From the IMG/VR virus record IMGVR_UViG_3300021399_000098: 64,000 nt of DNA; one strand, written 5' to 3'. The notes beneath the pieces were generated by a model, which was not told the origin of the DNA, did no database searches, and worked only from the letters and a program-made list of their open reading frames with translations. Below are positions 28,612 through 38,918 of the stretch, piece by piece. A program made the position numbers and the translations under genes. Position 1 is the first letter of the stretch; each line of letters opens with the position of its first letter. This DNA is from a virus (lineage: Duplodnaviria > Caudoviricetes).

Positions 28612-28872
28612 TTAGTAAAAATCTTTCATAAGTCTAGCTGGTCTTTTATTAACCGTACTTCTACCAATTTCTTTCAATATTTTATTCACAGACTCTTTAA
28701 CCATTTTATGAAGGTCTGATTCAGTTAGTCTTATAAGTTTCTTTTCTGTTTTCTTTGATTCTGCTTGTATGTTATTTTCTTTTTGTTCTTTTGAAGCTTG
28801 GTACATTTTTCCAAATCCCATAGCTTGTGCTAATTCAAATCCGTTTTTAAAAGGTAGTGCCATATTATTCAT
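28612..28872 (-). CDS. small protein carrying an internal LTESDLH motif
   Basis: KKLIRLTESDLHKMVKESVNKILKE. Confidence 0.6.
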   Translation of the reverse strand: MNNMALPFKNGFELAQAMGFGKMYQASKEQKENNIQAESKKTEKKLIRLTESDLHKMVKESVNKILKEIGRSTVNKRPARLMKDFY

Positions 28873-30271
28873 TATTTAATTGTTTCATTATTCCTTCGTA
28901 CATGAAATCTGCGACCTTCATAATAGAGTCAAAGACATCACTACAATTGCTTACGTTCATACCCCAATTGGCTAGGTAGTTAAAATGTTCTTGTTGACTT
29001 TCGTATCCTAATCCGCTCAAGACTAGCCAAGCACATAATTCAGCTTCTTGTTCAACAATATCTCTGCCTCTTAATGCGCTACCACCTCTATAAAACTTTT
29101 TAAGGTTTGGGTTTGTAGTGTGAACAACTTCCCAATGCATAATCTGATGCGCGGTTTCGTGTATTACTGTACTAAGCAATCCATGATTTCTTTTATCGTC
29201 AACGATTCTTACATCGCCATCAATACTAGCATAACCCCTAGAGCCACCAAGTTTGCTTTTATCAATAAATTCATAGCTTCTTACGCCAATTGATTTACCA
29301 AAACTAACACAAGCATCTATAAGAATCTTTTCTTTTTCGGTTTCATCACTATCTGCGTCATACCACTTGAAATTGTTTTCAGGAAATTCTTCTGCTCCTT
29401 CTCCCTTAATCAAATCCGAAATATCATATGCTATATAGTCTTTAAAACCGCCTTGTGTGTCTGGATATTTTGTTTCTCTGTCCAACCTTCTTTTTTGTGA
29501 TGGTGTTAATTCACTAATTGCTCTAACTCCTTCTCTATTAAGGAATTTCCTTACAATCTCATCATATTGAGCGCCATAAAACTTTTTGAATGATGCTGGT
29601 CTTGCCAAAACAATAGGTGTTGCGTCTGGTTTTGGCGTATAACCCATATCATTCCATTCGCCTTTTGAACGTACATCAGTTGCATTTCTTTTTTGTAAGA
29701 AAATAAGAATTGTATTTAGGAATGATAATTGATGGCCTCTATGTTTTGACATTTCAATTCTGAATCTAGACAATTCAGCCAAAGCCTCCATCGTCTCTCT
29801 GCTTCCAACACCTTGAATAAGTTTTTTCTTAAATTCCTCGGCATTGTCAATAATACCACTGCCATTAATACGAACTTGGCCACTTGCTTGCGCTTTCATA
29901 ATGACATCCTTCAATTGTTCGATTGATGCCAATACTTCTTCAATTGTTCTGTTATTCCCATTTTCTGGTGGCGTTTCTTGACTTCCAATTTCTTCAGCGA
30001 ATTTTTTTATTAAAGGATAAACCTCTTGTTCGCTTCCATCCCAAACAATCCATCCCCAAGCCTTTGGAACACCTTGTATGTTTCGTATATATCTGTTATA
30101 TGGTAGGTATTCCATACCATATTTTTTCATTAGCTCTTTGTTATCAAATGTGCTATCAGTTGACATATTAGGGTCAACATACACCAATTTGAAGCCTTTT
30201 CCGTTTTTCGTTCTTAAAACTGAATCATTCGTAGCTAACTCGTAATATTCTCTAATTAAACGCTTTTTCAT
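28865..30271 (-). CDS. ArdC-like ssDNA-binding domain plus HExxH metallopeptidase (polyvalent-type protein)
   Basis: LSFLNTILIFLQ..ATDV....W..MG (ArdC-N like); HETAH...EQEAELCA (zincin). Confidence 0.75.
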   Translation of the reverse strand: MKKRLIREYYELATNDSVLRTKNGKGFKLVYVDPNMSTDSTFDNKELMKKYGMEYLPYNRYIRNIQGVPKAWGWIVWDGSEQEVYPLIKKFAEEIGSQETPPENGNNRTIEEVLASIEQLKDVIMKAQASGQVRINGSGIIDNAEEFKKKLIQGVGSRETMEALAELSRFRIEMSKHRGHQLSFLNTILIFLQKRNATDVRSKGEWNDMGYTPKPDATPIVLARPASFKKFYGAQYDEIVRKFLNREGVRAISELTPSQKRRLDRETKYPDTQGGFKDYIAYDISDLIKGEGAEEFPENNFKWYDADSDETEKEKILIDACVSFGKSIGVRSYEFIDKSKLGGSRGYASIDGDVRIVDDKRNHGLLSTVIHETAHQIMHWEVVHTTNPNLKKFYRGGSALRGRDIVEQEAELCAWLVLSGLGYESQQEHFNYLANWGMNVSNCSDVFDSIMKVADFMYEGIMKQLNNE

Positions 30272-30654
30272 TTTGGTAAAATTGTAATTAATAATTCCTC
30301 ACGTATTGGCATATTCAATATACCATTAGGATATGAATATGAATCATTTTTAACAGATGGGTCAAATATTATTTCAAACGTTCCTTTAAACGTTCCTGCT
30401 TCCTTTGTATCGTGTTTTTTCCAATCGTAGCATATAACATACTGCTCAGTGCAGTCATCGTTCTCACGGAGCTTTATATAGGCTTTATTTTTCGCCACCT
30501 TCGTCACGTTTGTATCTGCGTTCACCATCGTGAATGTAATATCAGCACCTTGTATGCATTCGTGAAACTTGTTGAAGTCATGTCTACCATCCTCTATAAG
30601 TTCCATCCTGAGTGTTGGAAGTGTGCTATTTTGAGTTATATAGAAATACTGCAT
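30268..30654 (-). CDS. BppU-N/Ig-like structural domain protein
   Basis: FYITQNSTLPTL...YDWKKHDTKEAGTFKGTFEI. Confidence 0.55.
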   Translation of the reverse strand: MQYFYITQNSTLPTLRMELIEDGRHDFNKFHECIQGADITFTMVNADTNVTKVAKNKAYIKLRENDDCTEQYVICYDWKKHDTKEAGTFKGTFEIIFDPSVKNDSYSYPNGILNMPIREELLITILPK

Positions 30655-30674
30655 AATTGTTTTTTTTTAGTTAA

Positions 30675-31160
30675 TTAATCATCCCAAGAACCTTCATCCC
30701 AGTCATCATCATGCCATTCCATTTCTTTATTTCTGAGCATATCTGAAAGTGGACTATTTGTAATTGGTCTTCCCATTTCGTCATATCCAATAATATAAAC
30801 TCCAGGAAATAACTCTTTGCCAATTCCATTTCTTCCTATTTTACCATCAATTACATTACCATTATTATATCCTTTCGTAAATCCCCTATTTAAACGCTCA
30901 GGATGGGCTTTATTGTATTCACGGTAGTAACCTTTCCTATGGCGGTCTTTTTGTTGTTTAGATGGCTTAATTTTAGGCTTATTTGTGGGATTTTGTTTTT
31001 CTGCTTCTTTAGCAGCTTTTTGTTTTGCATAACGCTCTTTCCAATAGCCTTCTCTATGACGGTCTAGTTTATCTTTAAAATATCCTTCTCTATGTCTATC
31101 AGCTTCAGAGATTATTTTATTAATTTCTTCTTTTATAATTTTTCTAATATTCATAAGCAT
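30675..31160 (-). CDS. basic protein with three DRHR(E/K)GY repeats; putative internal head protein
   Basis: Start is probably 31154 or 31160 (MNIRKIIKEEINKIISE); TATTTATA at 31168-31175. Confidence 0.55.
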   Translation of the reverse strand: MLMNIRKIIKEEINKIISEADRHREGYFKDKLDRHREGYWKERYAKQKAAKEAEKQNPTNKPKIKPSKQQKDRHRKGYYREYNKAHPERLNRGFTKGYNNGNVIDGKIGRNGIGKELFPGVYIIGYDEMGRPITNSPLSDMLRNKEMEWHDDDWDEGSWDD

Positions 31161-31179
31161 TTTTATATATAAATATAAT

Positions 31180-32856
31180 TTAGTCACCTTTTCTCCACAC
31201 ATATTTAAATAAACCACAATCCCATATCCTATCATATCCAAGTTCTTTCGCCATTTCTAGCTCTGTCATTGTCATTGGGAAATCATACTTTTTGTGTAAT
31301 ATTGATTTACACATAGACATTTTATGGACACGTTTGTATTTATCAACTTTTTCATTATAATATCTATAATCTGGTTTTGTTATTGATTCTAGTACGAAAC
31401 CAAGTTTGGTATATAGATTGTTATTGCTCCAAGGTGTCCACCTTCTGTCTGCAAATGATACAACAGCTTCAGACTCATATTTCCTTACAAAATAAGCAAA
31501 CATTTTACTAGCAACTCCTTGGTATATGTAATGATAATCAGTTGCGAATCTAGTAAGCTCCCACCCATTGTTTGTGACATTACCATTTTTTAGTGCCATT
31601 ACTGCAACGAGTTTATCTTGGTAGAACCCACCAATATAAACAGTATTCTTATAAAATCCTTGAATATGAAACTTATCTAGAAATTCTTTAGCATCATTAC
31701 TTAATATTTCACGGACTTGGATTTTACGCCCAGCTATTCGTTGCAAATTATAATCCTTACCAAGTATATGTTTTATTTTCGTCAATACAATATCTTTATG
31801 GTTAATGTATTCATCTTCAAAAATATGAATTAATCCATATCCTTTCTCATTGCATTGTAACGTTTTTCCTAAGTGATATTTATGATTTTTCTTGCCAAAA
31901 AATTCACTATGCCACTTTAAACCATCAAATTCAATACCAATTCTAACACTTGGGACTAATATATCAATTTCCCTACCTATTAAAATTTGTCTGTTTGCAT
32001 CGTGTTCTACCCCAAGTTCTGAAATATAATCACTAATTTCCTTTTCATATGAAGAAATGAATCTATTTTTTGACACAACAAGATTTCCAAGTTTCATATC
32101 CCTCTGTGCTTGCTCTAGCATATCTTTTGACATAACTCTTGCGTCTGGATATTGCTTCTTAAATTCCACCATTCCCATACCATGTGAGTTTCTAAGGTGA
32201 CTATAAGTAATCTTAGGCATTTTTTTTCCACAAATAGGGCATACCACATAGTTATTAGGGTCTTCGAGTCTTATTTCTTTTTCAATCACCTTAGTTTGAT
32301 TTTTGAAATATTTATAATCCTCTGGGTGTCTCTCAAGATGTTCCTTAACAGTCATATGGTGAACTGAAGTTAAGTGATGTGTAAAAGCACCACTCTTATT
32401 ACCAATATCATTAGTACCCCAATCGCAGTAAGGGCATTTAATAGAATATTCTATATCTTTTTCTTCCACAATATCAAACCATTGCTCCCACCAATAGTTA
32501 CCAGTTTCCATATAGTATTTTCTTCTGTCATACAAAGTAGGAACTTTAACATGGTACACTTTCTCTATATGTGTCGTCAGTAGTCCAGCATTGTTCATAT
32601 GGTCTTTATATTTAGTACCGTTGTTTTTGTCAACTGCGACATAATGATACCCATCATGTTCTTTGTATTTCTTTACACGATAGTCAGCGACAACAAATGA
32701 ACTCTTGTCCATTGGCTGTTTACCTTTTTTCCTCAATTCAACCCCATTGTCGGAGAGTATTTTTTTCACTTTCAATTTGCCAATATGATATTTCTCACAA
32801 ACATCATATATACTCATACCATTTTGATAATCATTTATTAATTCCTCTGTATTCAT
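31180..32856 (-). CDS. free-standing Hef-like endonuclease (Zn fingers + PD-(D/E)XK + GNAT/Mom-like C-terminus)
   Basis: CPYC..H...H and CPIC..H; EIDI...IGIEFDGLKWH; WELTRFA, SFADRRW and IWDCG. Has its own TAnnTTTG promoter at 32878-32908. Confidence 0.75.
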   Translation of the reverse strand: MNTEELINDYQNGMSIYDVCEKYHIGKLKVKKILSDNGVELRKKGKQPMDKSSFVVADYRVKKYKEHDGYHYVAVDKNNGTKYKDHMNNAGLLTTHIEKVYHVKVPTLYDRRKYYMETGNYWWEQWFDIVEEKDIEYSIKCPYCDWGTNDIGNKSGAFTHHLTSVHHMTVKEHLERHPEDYKYFKNQTKVIEKEIRLEDPNNYVVCPICGKKMPKITYSHLRNSHGMGMVEFKKQYPDARVMSKDMLEQAQRDMKLGNLVVSKNRFISSYEKEISDYISELGVEHDANRQILIGREIDILVPSVRIGIEFDGLKWHSEFFGKKNHKYHLGKTLQCNEKGYGLIHIFEDEYINHKDIVLTKIKHILGKDYNLQRIAGRKIQVREILSNDAKEFLDKFHIQGFYKNTVYIGGFYQDKLVAVMALKNGNVTNNGWELTRFATDYHYIYQGVASKMFAYFVRKYESEAVVSFADRRWTPWSNNNLYTKLGFVLESITKPDYRYYNEKVDKYKRVHKMSMCKSILHKKYDFPMTMTELEMAKELGYDRIWDCGLFKYVWRKGD

Positions 32857-32970
32857 ATAACTTATATTTTTATAGTGCAAAGATATATATTTTTTTCTAA
32901 TTTTCAAACATTTATCAATTATATATAATAAATATCAGAAAAAAATAAAAAGGGTTGGATAAAAACGATA

Positions 32971-33004
32971 AAAAATCTTGAGCGATTTCTCACCCAAGAT
33001 TTTT
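32971..33004 (-). terminator. terminator after the major capsid gene
   Basis: aaaaatcttgag...cccaagattttt imperfect hairpin. Confidence 0.6.
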
Positions 33005-33029
33005 ATATAAGTTACTGAAGTTCAGCGAT

Positions 33030-35072
33030 TTATCTAAACTCATTAATTGACCAATGTACAAGTCCATCAACACGTACATGTCCATAATAGCGGTTGTTAA
33101 CCATCTTCTTCGCATAACGTGTCATAATTCCCTTTACTGGTGCAAAGTTGAATGGGTTATACATAGTAGGAGTTAACTGCATTGGCACATATGGTGCATA
33201 GATGTAACCTGTGTCAAGAAGTGACTTACCCTTATGACCGATGATAATTGACCAGTGAGGTGAATATGGGTCACGATAAACAGTGTAACGTGCGTTCAAT
33301 GAACCAATCTTCTCAATACCCATATTGTACTGGTCGCTCTCTGCTGATGCGTCTGAAACGTGGAAGTACTCAAGGTTGTCGAACAATGCGCTAATTTCTG
33401 AAGATACAACTATGAAGTTTGCACCACCACGAAGAGTTGACTTGTGAATCTGTGCAGAAATCTGGTTAATCTTAGTCATAAGCTCTTGGTTCCAGTCCTT
33501 CTGAGTGTAGTTAGTTGAGAATGCTGCCATACGTCTCCAACCGTTAACATCCCAACGAGCCTGCCAAGGTGCACCCTTACGAAGGTCACGAAGAATTTCA
33601 CGGTCAATTTCTGCTGCAATCTGCTCTGAAAGGATAGCGGTCAACTCAGCCTCTGCGTCAATGTTGTGGAATGCAGAAACGTCTTGTGCCAACTCTGGTG
33701 ACCATGTAGCACGAAGCTTTCTTTCCTCAACTGATACTGTTACTGAATCAAGCTTGAAGCTAACCTCACCGATTTCGGTCTCAAGCTCAAGAGAATCATA
33801 CTGTGCCCAAGCAATCTTGAACAAACTTGCAATATTTTCCTTAGTTGCCTCGTAGTCGATAGAACCGCCAGTGGTCTTAACGATTTCTGCGTCTAAAGCA
33901 GCAGCGTCAACACCAATGTAACCATCGATAGTACCTGCTTGCTGGATAACTGGTTTAGCCAAATCCAACTCAATATACATCTTACCTTCAGCATCGCAAG
34001 CTGCACCGTATTCTACGATACCCTTACCATACTTCTGAGTAACAACTCTGAAAGGAACAGACTCGAACTTACGGAAAGCTGCGGTCTTAACAGTGTCAGA
34101 ACCAGGAGCATTAGCTGCTGCGAATTCCTTCTGAGTGATAACCTTCAAAGAAGCCAAGAAACCTTCGGTATCCATTTCGTTACCATCAGGACCAGTCAAC
34201 TTTGATGCGTTGAATGATGAGAAACCATCAATCTCAAGAATCAAGTTACGGATAGTTCCGTCAAATCCACTCTGGAAGTACATGTTCAAGTTGTCAGCGC
34301 CAAAAGGACGAACACCACCAGGGGTTAGGAATACTGGAACAGCACCACCAACCTTGATAGTAACCTTACCCTTTGAGTTGTCATACAAGAAGTCGTTGTA
34401 GAATAAGTCATACAAACTCTTCTGGAAATACTGAGTTACCTCTGGACCTGCTTGACGAAGAGCAGTTACACCAAGACCTTCAGCAGCAGCACGCTCTTTA
34501 GCTGCATCGAAGTCGGTTGCATCCTCAAGAGTCTCGTTCAACTGTGGAACGTACCATGAGTTCTTGTCAAGTTCACTTACAGTCTCGTCTGGAAGATAGT
34601 AACGTGGTTCAACACGGCCTTCCTTGTTACGGTTTACACGGTCATAACCCATGAGACCCTTGTGACGACCAGTAGTGCCATCGATGATGTCACCAGGAGT
34701 TGCGCCAGTTGCATCCTCTGGAAGTTCCCACTCTCTCTCTGAAGTAACAGGGAGGATGAAGAACAACTTACCAACTGGAAGGTTCATAGCTTGAACTGAA
34801 ACGATGTCATTAGCAAGCAACTTGCTAAATACACGTCTAATGATTGGGAAAACAACGGTCTCAAATGAACCGCTATTGTCTGAAGCAGTAGCCTCGTAAA
34901 TCAAGTGCTTTGCCTCATTTTCGTACAATGTAGCAACATTCTCCTTGATACCCTCTGGCAAACCTTCGGTAAAGCCGAGCTGGTCCCAGCGGTTCTGAAT
35001 GTCCTCACGTATCTGTCTTTGTGCGTTGTACTCGATATTACCAACTACACCACTTGATAGAAATTCCTTCAT
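33030..35072 (-). CDS. major capsid protein (T4 gp23-like) with a large insertion
   Basis: IRRVF..L.A.DIVSVQAM..PVG, RKLRATWSPELAQD..AFH.IDAEAEL, EIDREI, YAPYVP and GIMTRY. Confidence 0.95.
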   Translation of the reverse strand: MKEFLSSGVVGNIEYNAQRQIREDIQNRWDQLGFTEGLPEGIKENVATLYENEAKHLIYEATASDNSGSFETVVFPIIRRVFSKLLANDIVSVQAMNLPVGKLFFILPVTSEREWELPEDATGATPGDIIDGTTGRHKGLMGYDRVNRNKEGRVEPRYYLPDETVSELDKNSWYVPQLNETLEDATDFDAAKERAAAEGLGVTALRQAGPEVTQYFQKSLYDLFYNDFLYDNSKGKVTIKVGGAVPVFLTPGGVRPFGADNLNMYFQSGFDGTIRNLILEIDGFSSFNASKLTGPDGNEMDTEGFLASLKVITQKEFAAANAPGSDTVKTAAFRKFESVPFRVVTQKYGKGIVEYGAACDAEGKMYIELDLAKPVIQQAGTIDGYIGVDAAALDAEIVKTTGGSIDYEATKENIASLFKIAWAQYDSLELETEIGEVSFKLDSVTVSVEERKLRATWSPELAQDVSAFHNIDAEAELTAILSEQIAAEIDREILRDLRKGAPWQARWDVNGWRRMAAFSTNYTQKDWNQELMTKINQISAQIHKSTLRGGANFIVVSSEISALFDNLEYFHVSDASAESDQYNMGIEKIGSLNARYTVYRDPYSPHWSIIIGHKGKSLLDTGYIYAPYVPMQLTPTMYNPFNFAPVKGIMTRYAKKMVNNRYYGHVRVDGLVHWSINEFR

Positions 35073-35138
35073 ATAATTTAATAAATTATTTTTAAGTTAT
35101 TTTTTTATTATAAATACACACAAAAATCAAAAAGTGCT

Positions 35139-36656
35139 TTATTTCATCATTCTGTGCATCAAATCAAGAGAATCTAACATGTCAGGCGACTTGTAGATAG
35201 TTGTCTCATTGATTTTCTTTGAACCTTCAACCGTAAGACTCTTGTCTTCAGTGATGTTCATTTTATTTGATTTCTTTAGGTCACGACTGATGGATTCGTA
35301 AAGATTCTTAGATGCCTCAATTGTTTTAGCCTCCTTTGAGAATCTAGAAATGATTTCTTTCTTCTCATCTTGTGAAGTTGAATTTTCAGAAATCAACTTG
35401 ATAATCTGTGCAAGATTATGGTTGGTTACAGCAGCTTCCTTCAATGACTGCATAACGTCAGTCAAAGTGGTCTTAAGCTCCTTGTTCTCAGAAAGAGCCT
35501 TGTTTGCTCTTCTCATGAAGCTCTCGTTGGTCTTCTCATCACCATTGACAGTAACGGTAACATCTACATCGCCACTGTTGTAACGAGGCGTTGCAGTGCC
35601 CTTAACTCTACTGCCACCCTTACTCATAGAACGAGCGTTACGTCCGTTTGAGTTAGGAACGTGAGACTTAGATGTGCTGTTCTGTTGAACAAAACCACCA
35701 ACGTTAGTAGCCTCTTCTATGTTCTCTTCCTCAAGTTGCTTACCCTTGCTGTCGTTGAATGGCTTGTCTGCCTTATTTTTCTTGCTGCCTTTATATCCTG
35801 ACCAAGGCTTTTCAGTTCCATGAGGAACACCTGCATCCCAGTCGTTTACATTCTTGCCTGGTTCTGACATACCTGGATTGGTCATTACATCCTTTTTCTG
35901 ATAATTGTCAGTGTATCCTACGTTTGAATCATACTCTAAAACTAACTCAAACATTCTTTCTGTTGATTCATTCATATCGTCATAATCATTATTTTCAAAA
36001 TCATCTTCTGCACTGTCATCAGTAATTACTTCATCGTCACTTTCGACTCCAGTTGCTTCACCTTCGTCATCAAGTTTGATTAGGTACTCAGCTCCAGTTT
36101 CATTGTCTTGAATGTTGACATTTCCATTGTCATCTTTATGAACAAGAATCTGGTCATCATTCTTCATTAATTTGTAAACCTTTACGATTTCCTCGTCTTC
36201 CGCATTTGTAAAGTCATACTCATCGTCTGATATTTTGTACTTGTCAAAATCAGCCCATTCATCGCCATCTTCGCCCTCATCTTCTACACCGTCAATTGCG
36301 TCATCTACTTCGCCCTCATCGTCAGTTTCACCTGCGACTTCATCAGACTCCATATCTTCATCACCTTCAGTGTCAGCAGAATCAGCGTCCGTACCAGCGT
36401 CAGTGCCTTCTACGCCATCCGTAGGAGCTTCACTTGATTCGGCATCATCTGTAATATCAGAACTAGTATCTTCCACTTCCTCTTCTTCGTAGTCCTCATC
36501 ATTGCCCTCAGACAATAACTTGGCATATGTATCACGCACAGCTTCATCCAAAAGGGTCTTGACTGCGCTTTCGGTATTTTCCCTCAAAGAGTTTGCGAGT
36601 GTGTTGTAATCTAATAAAGATTCTCTAACTACTTTGCTTCTAATATTTTTGCTCAT
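35139..36656 (-). CDS. prohead core scaffold protein (gp22-like)
   Basis: Acidic low-complexity and coiled-coil sequence directly upstream of MCP; many xxE-S motifs. Confidence 0.7.
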   Translation of the reverse strand: MSKNIRSKVVRESLLDYNTLANSLRENTESAVKTLLDEAVRDTYAKLLSEGNDEDYEEEEVEDTSSDITDDAESSEAPTDGVEGTDAGTDADSADTEGDEDMESDEVAGETDDEGEVDDAIDGVEDEGEDGDEWADFDKYKISDDEYDFTNAEDEEIVKVYKLMKNDDQILVHKDDNGNVNIQDNETGAEYLIKLDDEGEATGVESDDEVITDDSAEDDFENNDYDDMNESTERMFELVLEYDSNVGYTDNYQKKDVMTNPGMSEPGKNVNDWDAGVPHGTEKPWSGYKGSKKNKADKPFNDSKGKQLEEENIEEATNVGGFVQQNSTSKSHVPNSNGRNARSMSKGGSRVKGTATPRYNSGDVDVTVTVNGDEKTNESFMRRANKALSENKELKTTLTDVMQSLKEAAVTNHNLAQIIKLISENSTSQDEKKEIISRFSKEAKTIEASKNLYESISRDLKKSNKMNITEDKSLTVEGSKKINETTIYKSPDMLDSLDLMHRMMK

Positions 36657-36830
36657 TTAGAAAATATTTTTAATACATTATTTTAAATATAAATATAGCA
36701 CAAATACAAAAAAATTACGTTAAATCCCTAAAATAATAGCATTTAACTGTTTTTTCATACCTGCATTATATATAAGCTATTATATAAATATTTACATTGT
36801 CTCAAATATTTATAATAAAAAAATACTAAA

Positions 36831-37568
36831 ATGGAAAAAAACGAGCTAGATATACAGTTATTGAAAGCAGGTGTTAGAAGACCTGATTTGGAAATCATTA
36901 AAGAAGGAAAAACAGGTCATGGCATCCTAATTGAACACGATGGATATATGTACATCAAAGAAAACAGACAAATTAAAGAAAGTCTTGAAAACGGTGAGTG
37001 GCATGTTCCATACCCATTCATTGTTGACGCTGTGTTCCAAAAATTTGGAATAAAAAACGCAAACGGAAGAATATATCCTGAAGAAGTTTTGAAAAAACAA
37101 GTTGAATTATATCAACAGAAAATTGATGAAAGAAGAGCAATAGGTGAGTTAAATCACCCAGCAGAGTCAACAATTGACCTTGATAGAATTGCAATCAATA
37201 TCATAGAGCTTCATTGGGAAGGCAGAACACTAGTTGGAAAACTTGAAATAAACACTTCATATGGCTTCAGAAAACATGGAATAGTTTCAACTCGCGGAGA
37301 CCAAATGGCCAATTTGCTACTCAATGGAATAAAGATAGGAGTATCTTCTAGAGGTGTCGGTTCTGTAGAGCAAAAATTAGGACAATATATCGTTGGTGAC
37401 GATTTTGAACTAATCTGTTGGGATGTTGTTAGTGACCCTTCAACTCCAGGTGCTTACGTTGGACAACCAGAGGAATTGCAACAGTATGTTGAAAATGACA
37501 CAACAAACAAAGGAAAATCAGCCATCAATGAAAAAATAAATAAGATTAAAAGCATACTTAATTCATGA
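36831..37568 (+). CDS. prohead maturation protease (T4 gp21-like)
   Basis: NANGRIYP, GELNHP, GVSSRGVGS and DVVSDPSTPGA. Confidence 0.93.
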   Translation: MEKNELDIQLLKAGVRRPDLEIIKEGKTGHGILIEHDGYMYIKENRQIKESLENGEWHVPYPFIVDAVFQKFGIKNANGRIYPEEVLKKQVELYQQKIDERRAIGELNHPAESTIDLDRIAINIIELHWEGRTLVGKLEINTSYGFRKHGIVSTRGDQMANLLLNGIKIGVSSRGVGSVEQKLGQYIVGDDFELICWDVVSDPSTPGAYVGQPEELQQYVENDTTNKGKSAINEKINKIKSILNS

Positions 37569-37718
37569 AAATTATAATCACTGAACAAGGAAAATTTAAG
37601 GCAATGATATAGCAGTTGACCCACAATAATTTAGCAAATGTAGTCAAAAATAACTACCTTTTTTTTTTACTTATAGTTATTTTTATTATTAAAATAACAA
37701 ATTAAAACGTATTATAAT

Positions 37719-38042
37719 ATGAATAAGAAACTAATTAGATTAACAGAATCAGACCTTCACAAGATTGTGAAAGAGTCGGTAAAAAGGGTGCTTAAAGAAG
37801 ATGATACTCAGAATTTGGGTATAAATAACTATGACCCTACTAATTATGATGAACTTACTATGAAGATAAAGGCTATAATGTCAAAAGTAAGTGAAATAAG
37901 AAATATGATAGAGGACATTTCCACAAGCCAACTTGATGTTGCTCAAAATGCTGGAAATTTGGATGGTCTTGCTGAAGAACTTTATAGGCAACTGCGATAT
38001 ACATTGCATAAAGCCAATACAAGTAACTACATAGAAGCTTAA
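37719..38042 (+). CDS. putative internal head protein (LTESDLH motif)
   Basis: MNKKLIRLTESDLHKIVKESVKRVLKE. Confidence 0.6.
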   Translation: MNKKLIRLTESDLHKIVKESVKRVLKEDDTQNLGINNYDPTNYDELTMKIKAIMSKVSEIRNMIEDISTSQLDVAQNAGNLDGLAEELYRQLRYTLHKANTSNYIEA

Positions 38043-38150
38043 GCAGCCACAAGACCCACTCTAATCTCAGACCATTTACGAAAATTTTAGCTAAAAAATT
38101 TGCTTTTTGAAAAATAATTCTTATATTTTATATATAAGAATTATTTTTTT

Positions 38151-38585
38151 ATGAAACGATTGAACAAAGAATACAAACTAGATGTATGCAATCATGTGAT
38201 TGTAAAATATGGGAGTGTCAACAAAGACAATCCACAAGTTATTTATGTGAGCGGAAAATGCTGGGTGTCCCCCAAAACTCAAATGGACTATGAATATGTC
38301 ATATCGAGTATAGAGAAAGAAATGAAAAAAAACATAAAGTTATTCTTGATTGACGAGATAAATTTTATTAATAGGTTTATATTGGATTTTGACATCAACA
38401 CAGATAAATTCAATATTGGCGATAAAAAGTTTCTATCCTTTGATTTTTATCTGAAGCAGAATGATTCTGATATAAAGAAACTAAAGGATTTGAAAGAAAT
38501 GCTTTCTAATAAAGTAAGCACGGTTGTCAACAACTTAGTTTACCTTTTCAAGGAAAATGGCTTTACTGTGGAGAAAAGAAAGTAA
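38151..38585 (+). CDS. hypothetical protein
   Basis: 144-aa ORF; TTTG-N19-TATATTTT upstream. Confidence 0.6.
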   Translation: MKRLNKEYKLDVCNHVIVKYGSVNKDNPQVIYVSGKCWVSPKTQMDYEYVISSIEKEMKKNIKLFLIDEINFINRFILDFDINTDKFNIGDKKFLSFDFYLKQNDSDIKKLKDLKEMLSNKVSTVVNNLVYLFKENGFTVEKRK

Positions 38586-38621
38586 TCTTATGTTATATTT
38601 ATATTAAAATATAAATTAAAT

Positions 38622-38879
38622 ATGAAAAAAAGAATTAAACTTACAGAACAAGATATTCATAAAATAGTTAAAGAAACAATTAAAAATGTTCTAAACGAAA
38701 GTGATATTTATGAATATGATGCTAATTATGAACAGCTTATTAAAAATGAAATGCATAATTTATATGATTTAGAGGGTAAAGTCCCCTATTCATATAGGCA
38801 AGAGATACATTCTATGGTAAATACTCTACAAGGAATATTATCCAGTATTAGAATGAATGATTCCATATCAAGTATTTAA
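38622..38879 (+). CDS. putative internal head protein (LTEQDIH motif)
   Basis: MKKRIKLTEQDIHKIVKETIKNVLNE; TATTTATA at 38596-38603. Confidence 0.6.
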   Translation: MKKRIKLTEQDIHKIVKETIKNVLNESDIYEYDANYEQLIKNEMHNLYDLEGKVPYSYRQEIHSMVNTLQGILSSIRMNDSISSI

Positions 38880-38918
38880 CAAGTAGGGTCAAATAATATA
38901 TAATTACCTAAATTAAAT

